The notes below the pieces were generated by a model. It was not told where the DNA came from. It was given only the letters and a program-made list of their open reading frames with translations, and ran no database searches. This document shows, piece after piece, positions 48,265 through 57,847 of a stretch of DNA of 64,000 bases. The stretch is from the NCBI GenBank assembly GCA_963744375.1, contig CAVUTH010000008.1, positions 6,746 through 70,745 on the forward strand, read 5' to 3'. The DNA is from an uncultured Chloroflexia bacterium (GTDB taxonomy: Bacteria; Chloroflexota; Anaerolineae; Anaerolineales; UBA4823). Every line of letters starts with the position of its first letter. Position 1 is the stretch's first letter. A program made the position numbers and the translations under genes.

Positions 48265-51200
48265 ATGATTCTTACCACACACACCGCCGGGGTTTCCGGT
48301 GGGGAGGGCTCAGGGGTGGAATACGAGGATTTTTCAATTAAGATTGAGCCGCGGCAGGGCGATGCCTACCCGGTGATCGTGCTGCGCTCGCCGGCGGGCG
48401 AAGGACGCTCGCAGTTCACCCCGCCCTTCGACCCTGCCCGCCTGGCGGAGCAAGCCGCTACCCTGGACCAGGAAGTGCGCACCCGCCAGCCGGCCTCCCG
48501 GGATGCCTCCCCGGCTGCCACCGCCAGCCTGCCGCAGCGCATCGGCGACCAGCTGTTCACCGCCCTGTTCTCGGGCGTGGTGCGCTCGTTATTCGACCGC
48601 TCTCTGGGTATGATGCAGGTGCAGCAGCGCGGCCTGCGCATCAAGCTGCACATCGACCCGGAAGACCCCAGCCTGGCAGCGCTGGTCGCGCTGCCGTGGG
48701 AATACCTGTACCGTAAAGAGACCCGCGAGTTCCTCAATCTCTCCCGTTTCACCCCCATCCTGCGCGACCTGGACGTGCAGCGCCCCTACATGCCGCTGCA
48801 GCTGGCTCTGCCGCTGCGCATCCTGGTCTTTGCCGCCGACCCGATCGATTACCCCCGCCTGGAGCTGGAGCGCGAACAGCAGCAGTTGGAAGCCTGCCTG
48901 GGGCGGCTGCCGGGCGTGCAGGCGGAATTCCTGCCCCACGCTACCCTGGCCTCCTTGCAAGAGCGCCTGGGCGAAGCGGCGTACCACGTGCTGCACTACA
49001 TGGGCCACGGCGGCTTCGACGAAGAGTCCGGCAGAGGCGTGCTGCTGCTGGAAGACGAAAATCAACGTGCGCAGCGCGTCGACGGCGGCACCTTAAGCGT
49101 TCTGCTGCACGATTTCGCCTCCCTGCGCCTGGTGTTCCTGAATGCCTGCGAAACCGCCCGCCTGGCCGGCGAGCATGGACTGGATCCCTTTGCCGGGGTG
49201 GCTTCGTCGCTGGTGATGACTGGCATCCCGGCGGTGGTGGCGATGCAGTTCCCCATCAGCGATCGGGCGGCGATCACCTTTGCCCAGCGTTTCTACGGTC
49301 TGCTCTCGCGCGGCCAGCCGGTGGATGCGGCGGTGGCTGAAGGACGGCGGGCGCTGCGCATGGCCGAGCCGGATACCCTCGAGTGGGGCACCCCGGTGCT
49401 TTTCACCAGCGCCCCCGATGGCGTGATCTTCACCGTAGCCGGCCAGCCCCAGGCCATTGCTGCTCCCGCGCCGCTGCACGCCGCCGCCGACGAGGTGGAT
49501 GCCGGCGAGCAGCTGCGCATCCAAAAGCTGTACAACGATGGCCTGGAAGCCTTCTGGCTGGAAGATTGGTCCCGGGCCGAAGCCTGCTTCAGCCAGGTGA
49601 TCGCCGCCCGGCCAGAGAACCAGGATGCCCGCCTCAAGCTGGATGAAGCCAGCCGCCGGCGGGAGCTGCAGGTGCAGTATGCCGCCGCCCAGTCTGCTCA
49701 GGAAGCCGGTGATTGGCCCGCCGCGATCGCCGCCCTGGAGCAGCTCGAAAAGCGCCAGCCCGGTTACAGGGATGTCTCCGAACGTCTGCAAGCAGTCCGC
49801 CGCAGTGCTCAGCTGGCCGACCTGTACGACCAGGCACGCCAGCTGTTTCAGGCGGCTCGCTGGACTGCCGTATTGAAGGTCTTTTCCCAGATCCGCACCC
49901 TGCAGCCCGATTACCCCGACCCCGACCGGCTGCTGGAGCAGGCCAGCAGCCAGGCCGAGGCTCAACGCCAGGCCACCGCTCTGGAGAAGAACTACCAGCA
50001 GGCTCTGGTCGAGCTGGATGCCGGGCGTTGGACGGAAGCCGAAGCCTTGCTGGAACGGGTGCTGGCACAGCAGCCCGATTACCGCCAGGCGCAAGCCTTG
50101 ATCTCCCGGGCGCAGGCCGAGCAGCGCCGCGCACTGGAAGAGCAATCCCGCCTGCAAGCCGAGCGTGAAAAGGAAGAAAAAATCCTCATCCTGTACCGGG
50201 AGGCGCAGGAGCAGCTGGCCGCCGGCAAGTTCAATGCCGTTCAGGCGCAGCTGCAGGCCATCCGGGCGATCGACCCGCAGTTTGACGATCCGCTGGAGGT
50301 GGAAGCGCAGGCCCAGGCCGGGTTGGAGCGCCAGGCCGGCGAGATGCAGCAGCAGGAGCAGCAGGCTGAGCACCTTGCTCGGATAGAATGGCGCTATGAT
50401 GAAGCCGTAAAGCTCCTGGCTGGCAAGGAATATCAGGCCGCACTGGATGCCTGGGAGGCGCTGCATGCGGATGCCCCCGCCTTCCCCGACCGGCAAGGAG
50501 TGGTCCGCAAGGCGCGGCGCGCCCTGGACAAAGCCGGCGAGGTGCAGCGGCAGGAGCAGCAGGCTGAGCACCTTGCTCGGATGGAATGGCGCTATGATGA
50601 AGCCGTAAAGCTCCTGGCTGCGAAGGAATATCAGGCCGCACTGGATGCCTGGCAGGCGCTGCATGCGGAGCCCCCGCCTTCCCCGACCGGCAGGGCGTGG
50701 TCCGAAGGCGCGGCCCTGGATAAGGCTGCCCACAGCAGCGCCCGGCGCTGGAAGAGCCCGCCTGGCCCGGGCCCGCGTTGGGCCTGGGTAGTTGGCGGGG
50801 TTACACTGCTTGCCTTGCTGGTGGGTGGATTTTTCCTGCTGCGCGGTCCTTTGCCTAAAAAGTATACGGACTACCAGGGCATCCCGATGGTACTGGTGCC
50901 GGCGGGGAATTTCATGATGGGCAGTGATTATTATGAGCCGGATGAACGCCCCTTCCACCAGGTGCGCCTGAGCAGCTACTACATCGATCTCTACGAAGTT
51001 ACCAATGCCCGCTATGCAAAATGCGTCTCTGCTGGGGCGTGCAAGCCTCCAGGGACATATTCTTCCCGCACGCAGGCGCAATATTATGACAGAGCTAACT
51101 ATTCAACTTACCCTGTGATTTATGTGAGCTGGGAGCAGGCGCAGGCTTACTGCCAGTGGCGCGGGGCGCGCCTGCCAACCGAAGCCGAATGGGAGAAGGC

Positions 51201-51618
51201 CGCCCGCGGTTCAAAACGCGCGAACCTACCCCTGGGGAAACAAGTTTGATGGCACGCGAAGTCAATTTTTGCGACCTGAAATGCCCAAATCCGGAGAACA
51301 ACAAGTCTTTCGACGGGTATGAAGATACCGCCCCGGTAAACATTTTCCCCCAGGGAGCCGGCCCCTACGGGGCGCTCAACCTGGCCGGCAACGTCTCGGA
51401 GTGGGTGGCAGACTGGTATGATCCGGATTTTTACGCTCACTCTCCAAATTCCAACCCCGTGGGACCGCCTTCCGGGAAGATGCATATTTTGAAGGGTGGT
51501 GATTTCGGTCTCCCGAGATTGCAATCTTCCGATCGCTATGCGGTTAGATCCCGGGTTTGCATCGGACGCTGCCGGTTTTCGCTGCGCTTACTCCCCGGGA
51601 CTATTATTTGGCTATTAA
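48265..51618 (+). CDS. CHAT (caspase-like) protease - TPR/helical repeats - TM - FGE-sulfatase (SUMF1) domain protein; 3 frameshifts in the last 400 nt
   Basis: ORF 48265..51249 has the CHAT dyad contexts HVLHYMGHGGF and LVFLNACETA, long helical repeats, the TM helix WAWVVGGVTLLALLVGGFFLL, and then the FGE domain MVLVPAGNFMMGS...YPVIYVSWEQAQAYCQWRGARLPTEAEWEKAARG. That domain continues out of frame (RTYPWGNKFDG / NFCDLKC...GNVSEWVADWY... / DPGFASDAAGFRCAYSP*) to 51618. Confidence 0.8.
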
Positions 51619-51631
51619 CGCAATGAGGAAA

Positions 51632-51718
51632 GCTGCTCACACTACGTGGGCCACACAAATCGATTGTCATCCTGAGCTTGCGAAGGATGCTAGACCCTTC
51701 GCAAGCTCAGGGTGACAC
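51632..51718 (+). repeat. interspersed palindromic (REP/MITE-like) element, copy A
   Basis: GCTGCTCACACTACGTGGGCCACACAAATCGATTGTCATCCTGAGCTTGCGAAGGATGCTAGACCCTTCGCAAGCTCAGGGTGACAC. The stem is 22 bp with one G-U-compatible position. It ends 15 nt before the ATG at 51734. Confidence 0.75.
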
Positions 51719-51733
51719 AGGAAGAAAGGAACC

Positions 51734-52864
51734 ATGAGCGACTCAGCCACCCTCACCCTGGGCACCACGCCCGCCATCCGCCTGCCCAAGGAAGCCACCC
51801 CGGCGCCGCTGCAGCCCGGCCAGGGCTATTTCCGCGTCCGGGTGCACGCCGCCCAGGCGGCCATCTTCGGCCCCTTTTGGCAGAAATCGCAGCAGCTGGT
51901 GATCACCAGCGAAGTGCGCCTGTTCTGCCCGCCCTTCAACGGCGAGCCGGTGCAGTCGCTGCAGCGCATCAAGCCGATCAAGCAGGGCGCCGCCGAGCAG
52001 CTCGGCCTCAGCCCCTCCCTGGTCGACCTGACCCCCGCGGCCCTGGATAAAGTCGGCATCAGCGTCGAGTTCCTGCTCGACCGGCAGAACCGGCTGGCGA
52101 ACCTGGCGCAGATTGTCAACGACGACGCCTTCCTGTCGGTCGTCTCGCTGGCGCCTGGGGCGGCCGCGGTCGCCAAAGCGGTTGGCGCTCTTTCCAAGAA
52201 GCTGCTGGAAGGCACTCTGGAGGCCTCCGACCAGGTGCCCGTGCTGCGCTTTGCCGGCGATTTCAGCCTGCCGGCCGGCGACCTGGCGGACGCCTACTAT
52301 GTCATCCTGGGGACGCGCTTCGAGCAGCACCCCCTGCCGCGCCCGCTGCCCGGCCCGCCCCGCCTGCAGGTCTCCGGGCGCGACCTGCTGCTGGACAACC
52401 AGCCGGTGGTGCATTGGTCGTACGTCATCCTGGATGTCGACACCGTAGCGGCACGCACGCGTGACCTGGGGCGCGGCGAGCCCTGGTATGAGAAGCTATC
52501 GCTGGTGGAAGTGCAAGTCTCCCAGGTCGCCAACAATCCCTGGCTCAGCGAGGATGAGCGCCGCCAGACCTGGAGCGCCTGCCTGGCGATGATTAAGGAA
52601 GCCGATTTGCTGCTGCGCCAGTCGCCGCTCTACCTGCCCGCCGAAGCGCAGGCCATTATCCAGCAGGCTTATTTCAATGCCCAGCAGCAGGTCTTCCCCC
52701 AACGGCGAGAGGCCCTGGCCCTCACCCTCCCGGAGGGCAGGCCGGAACCCCCCGCTTTCTCCTGGGCCGCCGATGAGCAGGCCCTCACCCGCCAGGTATC
52801 TGCCTACGAAGGGTTGACCGCCCCCGCCCGCGGCAAGCTGCGCAGCATGGGCATGCTGAAGTAA
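51734..52864 (+). CDS. hypothetical protein (376 aa), possible partner of the CHAT protein
   Basis: Intact ORF behind AGGAAGAAAGGA. It has no TM segment and I recognise no motif (…GYFRVRVHAAQAAIFGPFWQKSQQLVITSEVRL…VLRFAGDFSLPAGDL…WSYVILDVDTV…). Confidence 0.6.
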   Translation: MSDSATLTLGTTPAIRLPKEATPAPLQPGQGYFRVRVHAAQAAIFGPFWQKSQQLVITSEVRLFCPPFNGEPVQSLQRIKPIKQGAAEQLGLSPSLVDLTPAALDKVGISVEFLLDRQNRLANLAQIVNDDAFLSVVSLAPGAAAVAKAVGALSKKLLEGTLEASDQVPVLRFAGDFSLPAGDLADAYYVILGTRFEQHPLPRPLPGPPRLQVSGRDLLLDNQPVVHWSYVILDVDTVAARTRDLGRGEPWYEKLSLVEVQVSQVANNPWLSEDERRQTWSACLAMIKEADLLLRQSPLYLPAEAQAIIQQAYFNAQQQVFPQRREALALTLPEGRPEPPAFSWAADEQALTRQVSAYEGLTAPARGKLRSMGMLK

Positions 52865-52910
52865 TTTCCAAATTTCAATTTCGAAATTCATCAAATTTCC
52901 CGAGGCCATC

Positions 52911-54153
52911 ATGACCGAACAACCTTCCTCCGCTTCTCCCCGCCTCTACTACCTGGACGCCCTGCGCGTCATCGCCATCCTGTTCGTCTTCCTGTTCCAC
53001 GCCGTCCATCCCTTCGATTTGAACGGCTGGCATGTCAAAAACATCGAACAAAGCCTGACCCTGACCGTGATCCTGGTCATCCTGTGGATGTGGGGCATGC
53101 CGTTCTTCTTTCTGATTGCCGGTGCAGGCAGCCGGCTGGCCTTGCGGCGGCGCAGCGCCAAAGAATTTGCCATCGAGCGCACCCGGCGCCTGGGTGTGCC
53201 CTTAATATTTTTGACGATTGCCTCTTTTTTCATTGCTACGTACTTCGAGTGGGGCAATAGGGTCTACCGGATGTCTACAGCCATCAGCTTTCCCGGATTA
53301 CCTGCTGGCCACCAAAGACTGGTTTCTGGACTTTGGCTTTTCTCCCATATGGTTGTCGCTGGGCGCCCATCTGTGGTTCCTGGGGTTTTTATACGCTTTT
53401 TCCATCCTATCATTACCGCTCTTTGTGTGGTTTAAAGGCACGCACGGCAGGGGCTTCATCGATTGGCTGGCCAGGGTTTGCAGCCATCGCGGCGGCCTGC
53501 TCATCTTTATCCTCCCGCTGCTTGCAATCCGTTATGTGCTCACCCCGCTCTTCCCGCAGGAGCACGATTGGAGCGACTTCATCTACCAGGGCGCCTTTTT
53601 CGTGATTGGCTTCTTGTTGTTCGCCGATGAGCGCATCTTGAAGGCTGTGCGCCGCGACGGCTGGCTGCTGGGCGCTGTCGGCCTGGCTGCGGTTGTCTTC
53701 ATGCTGGGGCTATATGGGCTGGGCTACGATGTCACGGGATGGGTCGAGGAATACGGTCAAGTTGGTTTTTACCTGGCGATTGGTATCATCACCCTGGTTG
53801 GCCTGACCTGGAGCCTGACCATGCTCTTCATCGGCATGCGCTACCTGGACCGGGACAGAGCCTGGGTGCGCTATGCCCAGGAGATAGCCCTGCCCTTCTT
53901 TATCGTGCACCAGCCGGTCATCCTGCTTTTTGCCTCGTTCATCGTCAAATGGGATGTGGGCATCCCGCTCAAGATGCTGGTCACGGTGGTCAGCTCCTTC
54001 TTCGTCTCCTGGGGATTGGTGGAGTTTGTCATCAAGCGCGTCGGCTTCCTGCGCTTCTTGTTCGGCATGACCTCGCACGGTCAAGCCTGTCAGGCAAGAG
54101 ACCCCGGCTGCAGCTGGCTGAGCGTCAGAACCTCTTACGGATTTTCCTGCTGA
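52911..54153 (+). CDS. acyltransferase family 3 (OpgC/OafA-like) membrane protein, paralog 1 (one frameshift near 53270)
   Basis: ORF 52911..53435 (RLYYLDALRVIAILFVFLFHAVHPF...MPFFFLIAGAGS) continues in ORF 53218..54153 (HLWFLGFLYAFSILSLPLF...ALPFFIVHQPVILLF...). Confidence 0.75.
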
Positions 54154-54201
54154 TTATCCCGCTGCCGTACCCTCAGCCGCCATCCTTGAAAGCCCAAAGC
54201 C

Positions 54202-55419
54202 ATGAACGACCGACCTGCCTCGTCCCAATCCTCCCCCCGCCTGTACTACCTGGATGCCCTGCGCGTCATCGCCATCCTGATTGTCTTCCTGTTTCACGCC
54301 GTCCATCCCTACGACATGTGGGACTGGCACATCAAGAACATCGAGCAGAGTCTGACTCTGACGATATTCATCACCATCCTGGCCCTGTGGGGCATGCCGT
54401 TTTTCTTTTTGGTCGCCGGGGCAGGCAGCTGGTTTGCCTTGCGGCGGCGCACGCCGAAACAATATGCCGTCGAGCGCACCAAACGCCTGCTGGTGCCTTT
54501 TCTATTCGGTACGCTGATCGTCTACGTCTACACCCAATACTTTCAGTGGGATAACCAGGTCTACCGGGGCGTCACCGATGCACCTTTCGCACAGTACATC
54601 CTGGAGAGTTTACGCTGGTACCTGACCTTAGGATTCACCCCACGATTGGGGAGTCGGCGTGCATCTGTGGTTCCTGGGCTTCCTGTGGTCTTTTGCCCTG
54701 CTCAGCCTGCCGCTCTTCCTGTGGCTCAAGGGCGAGAAAGGCCAGCACGCTTCTTGACCGCCTGGCCAAGGTGTGTGAAAAACGCGGGGCCTGCTCATCT
54801 TTTTCATCCCGCTGGTGCTGATCCGCTACCTCTTAGCCCGTTTTTCCCCGACGAGCATAACTGGAGCGACTTCCTGTTCCAGGGCTCGTTCTTCATCCTG
54901 GGCTATTTCGTGTTCGCCAGCGAGCGCATCCCCGCACTGTGAGGCGTGACGGCTGGTGGCTGGGAGGCATCGGTCTGGCGGCGGTGTTGCTGCTGTTGAT
55001 CATCTATCTCATAACCCTGCAGCCGGTGACTGGGCGGAGGCCTACGGCACGCCCGGCTTTTACCTGGTGATGGGCACTGTCGTCCTGATTGGCCTCACCT
55101 GGAGCCTGGCGATGCTCTTCATTGGCATGCGCTACCTGGACAAAGACGGGTCTGGGTGCGCTATGCCAACGAGCTGGCCCTGCCCTTCTTCATCGTCCAC
55201 CAGCCGGTGATCATCTTCATTGCCTCCTTCGTCGTCAAGTGGGAGCTGGCCACCCCGCTTAAGCTGGTCGTCACCGTGGTCGTCTCTTTCCTGGTCGCCT
55301 GGGGGCTGGTGGAGTTCGTCATCAAGCGGGTCGGCTTCCTGCGCTTCCTTTTCGGTATGCCCGCAAGACACTCGGACGTGAAGAAAGAATCGCAGCCTAC
55401 GCCTGTTGACGTTGGGTGA
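54202..55419 (+). pseudogene. acyltransferase family 3 membrane protein, paralog 2, at least 4 frameshifts
   Basis: ORF 54202..54942 begins almost identically to paralog 1 (RLYYLDALRVIAILIVFLFHAVHPY...MPFFFLVAGAGS). Later segments are scattered across frames (ORFs 54956..55210 and 55156..55419, ending ...VEFVIKRVGFLRFLFGM...). Confidence 0.7.
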
Positions 55420-55523
55420 TGGAAAAGAAACCACCGATAAAGCAGATGAACGCCGGATATCATCGGGCGGCTGCCGAGTGAGGTACAAGTGAGATACCCG
55501 GTGTTCCTGCCAGTGGTCAGAAA

Positions 55524-55943
55524 GTGAGCTGGTCTATGACCTCCTACATCATCCTAAGTATAATCAGCGGCATCCTGTTCGGCATCCTGGATGGTCTGAT
55601 CAATGGCAATCCTTACGCCGCCCGGTTGTTTGAATTCTACAAGCCAATTGCCAGGACGTCGGTCAATGTTCCGGCGGGCGTGATCATTGACCTTGCCTAC
55701 GGATTCATCATGGCAGGTGTGTTTCTGCTGCTCTATGACAGCCTCCCCGGTGAGACCGGGCTGCTGAAGGGCTTGAGTTTTGCCCTGCTGGTGTGGTGTT
55801 TCCGGGTGGTGATGAGTGCCCTCTCGCAATGGATAATGTTCAAGATGCCCGGTAAAGCCCTGATTTATTCTCTTGCAACCGGATTAGCTGAGATGTTCGT
55901 GCTGGGTGTGCTTTACGGGCTGACGCTTAATCCGGCGGTATAG
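55524..55943 (+). CDS. hypothetical four-TM membrane protein
   Basis: 139-aa ORF with four hydrophobic helices. The start is uncertain (GTG at 55524 or ATG at 55536). Confidence 0.5.
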   Translation: MSWSMTSYIILSIISGILFGILDGLINGNPYAARLFEFYKPIARTSVNVPAGVIIDLAYGFIMAGVFLLLYDSLPGETGLLKGLSFALLVWCFRVVMSALSQWIMFKMPGKALIYSLATGLAEMFVLGVLYGLTLNPAV

Positions 55944-55951
55944 GAGCTGCA

Positions 55952-56644
55952 ATGAAAACCATCGGTCTGATCGGCGGGATGAGCTGGGAATCCTCGATTG
56001 AGTATTACCGCATGATTAACCAGCTGACCAAAGCGCAGCTCGGCGGTCTGCATTCCGCCAAAAGCGTAATGGTCTCGGTCGATTTTGCCGAGATCGAGAT
56101 CCTGCAGCACCAGGGACGCTGGGCGGAGGCCGCCGCACTGCTGGTAGCAGCCGCCGTCTCCCTGGAAGCCGGCGGGGCGGATTTCATCGTGCTGTGCACC
56201 AACACCATGCACAAGGCTGCGGATGCCATCCAGGCCAATACCGCCATCCCATTCCTGCATATTGCGGATGCCACCGCGCAGCGTGTGCTGGAGGCGGGCA
56301 TTCAGAAGATCGGCCTGCTCGGTACGCGCTTTACAATGGAAGAAGATTTCTATAAGGGCAGGCTTACCGGGGGCTACGGCCTGCAGGTGCTCGTCCCCGA
56401 TGCGCAGGAGCGCGAGATCGTCCACCGCGTCATCTACGACGAGCTGGTCCTGGGCAGGATCGAGCCGCACTCCAAAGCGCAGTACCTCGCCATCATCCAA
56501 CAGCTGGAGCAGCGCGGCGCGCAAGGCGTCATCCTGGGCTGCACCGAGATCGGCCTGCTGGTGCAGCAGTCCGACTGCCGCCTGCCGCTCTTTGACACCA
56601 CCCGCATCCACGCCGAAGCGGCGGTGGCGTATGCGTTAAGCTAG
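55952..56644 (+). CDS. aspartate/glutamate/hydantoin racemase family protein (aspartate racemase-like)
   Basis: 230-aa ORF with MKTIGLIGGMSWESSIEYY, VLCTNTMH and ILGCTEIGLL motifs. Confidence 0.85.
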   Translation: MKTIGLIGGMSWESSIEYYRMINQLTKAQLGGLHSAKSVMVSVDFAEIEILQHQGRWAEAAALLVAAAVSLEAGGADFIVLCTNTMHKAADAIQANTAIPFLHIADATAQRVLEAGIQKIGLLGTRFTMEEDFYKGRLTGGYGLQVLVPDAQEREIVHRVIYDELVLGRIEPHSKAQYLAIIQQLEQRGAQGVILGCTEIGLLVQQSDCRLPLFDTTRIHAEAAVAYALS

Positions 56645-56705
56645 GTCGTTTATTAGGACGACGGAAGTTACAGATATCTCAAAGGATATCCTTTATAATA
56701 GCGAT

Positions 56706-57071
56706 ATGGATTCTGCTGCACTGAATGTTCCGCCGCTAAATACTCGCCAACGCATCCCAATGGCTGCTATCGAAGATGTCGTCGGTCAGATTGTGGCGCG
56801 CTTTCATCCGGAAAAAATCACCATGTTTGGATCATTTGCATACGGACAGCCGCACCCGGAGAGTGACGTGGACCTTCTCGTGGTGATGGACACGCAGCTC
56901 AGCGGTCCACGCCAGGCAGCAGAAATCCTTAAGTCAATACGCTATCGTTTTGGGTTAGATCTGATCGTATATACACCACAACTGCTCGCTACCCGGTTGG
57001 AATGGGGAGATCCATTCTTGTTGGAAATAACAAGGCAGGGGAAAGTTCTATATGAATCCTCTCGTACTTGA
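56706..57071 (+). CDS. nucleotidyltransferase (MNT-type antitoxin)
   Basis: 121-aa ORF with the GSFAYGQPHPESDVDLLVV motif. It is paired with a downstream HEPN gene. Confidence 0.8.
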   Translation: MDSAALNVPPLNTRQRIPMAAIEDVVGQIVARFHPEKITMFGSFAYGQPHPESDVDLLVVMDTQLSGPRQAAEILKSIRYRFGLDLIVYTPQLLATRLEWGDPFLLEITRQGKVLYESSRT

Positions 57072-57433
57072 GTGGATTGAGAAAGCAGAAGGCGATTATG
57101 CCACTGCGCAGAGAGGAACTCAGGGCTCGTAAATTGCCGAACTACGATGCTGCTTGTTTTCATGCCCAACAGATGGCAGAGAAATATCTGAAGGCATTTC
57201 TCCAAGTCAACGATGTGGTGCCGCCACGCAGCCATGATCTGGTCGAGTTACTGGCGCTCGCCTTGAACTTCCAGCCACACCTCGTGTTGCTGGAACCGGA
57301 CCTTAAGAGCCTGAATGCATTTGCTGTTCAGTTTCGCTATCCTGGTCAATCTGCCGAAAAAGCTGATGCGCGATCCGCTTTAGCGGCTGCGAAGGTAATC
57401 AGAGTGCAGCTTCGAGTTTTATTAGAGTACTAG
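57052..57433 (+). CDS. HEPN domain protein (toxin partner of MNT), one frameshift near 57113
   Basis: The ATG at 57052 gives MNPLVLEWIEKAEGDYATAQR. The frame of ORF 57068..57433 continues ELRARKLPNYDAACFHAQQMAEKYLKAFL...PPRSHDLVELL (Rx4H motif). An extra G appears in AGAGGAAC. Confidence 0.75.
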
Positions 57434-57706
57434 TCGAGAGGTGTAAGTGCAATAATCGCTGCCGGAGACTTGAGGAAATCGATAAGTCCGGTAAAGATAA
57501 AAAGAGCGGATTGGTCCAATTCTTATTGGCATCTCCACTAGATGGCACAGATCTGGTCATCGATCGTGACCAGAGTACTCCACGTGAAATTGATATTGAG
57601 GGTTAGGCTCCAGGTAATCAATTTCCCTTCACCTGTTGCTGAGCCGATTTTCTCCCCACCGGCGTTCAACTCATCAATCCCTGGCAGTAATCCATCCGTA
57701 TTTCAG

Positions 57707-57793
57707 GTGTCACCCTGAGCTTGCGAAGGGTCTAGATCCTTCACTTCGTTCAGGATGACAATCGGTTTGCGTGGCCCACGTAGTGCGAGTAGC
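57707..57793 (-). repeat. interspersed palindromic (REP/MITE-like) element, copy C (inverted orientation)
   Basis: Its reverse complement is almost identical to copy B: GCTACTCGCACTACGTGGGCCACGCAAACCGATTGTCATCCTGAACGAAGTGAAGGATCTAGACCCTTCGCAAGCTCAGGGTGACAC. Confidence 0.75.
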
Positions 57794-57847
57794 TTCTGCG
57801 GCTATTTCGTGGTTTATCTCGACTGATCCTGTCTTATAATAGCCTCC

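Noticed and set aside
49093-51081. Very long antisense ORFs. Examples: 662 aa at 49093..51081 (-), 426 aa at 756..2036 (+), 339 aa at 11409..12428 (+), 347 aa at 19267..20310 (-), 323 aa at 18315..19286 (-), 275 aa at 35197..36024 (+), 268 aa at 42833..43639 (-), 250 aa at 57710..58462 (-).
   Set aside because: All lie opposite or out of frame to ORFs with clear family motifs. They translate to Arg/Gly/Ala/Pro/Gln-rich low-complexity sequence, which is typical of shadow ORFs in high-GC DNA. They have no RBS or recognisable domains.
51100-51618. FGE-sulfatase C-terminus as a diversity-generating retroelement (DGR) variable region.
   Set aside because: FGE/C-type-lectin folds are classic DGR targets. 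However, I found no reverse transcriptase, no template-repeat copy of this segment elsewhere in the window, and no adenine-specific mismatch pattern. The irregularities here are frameshifts, not substitutions.
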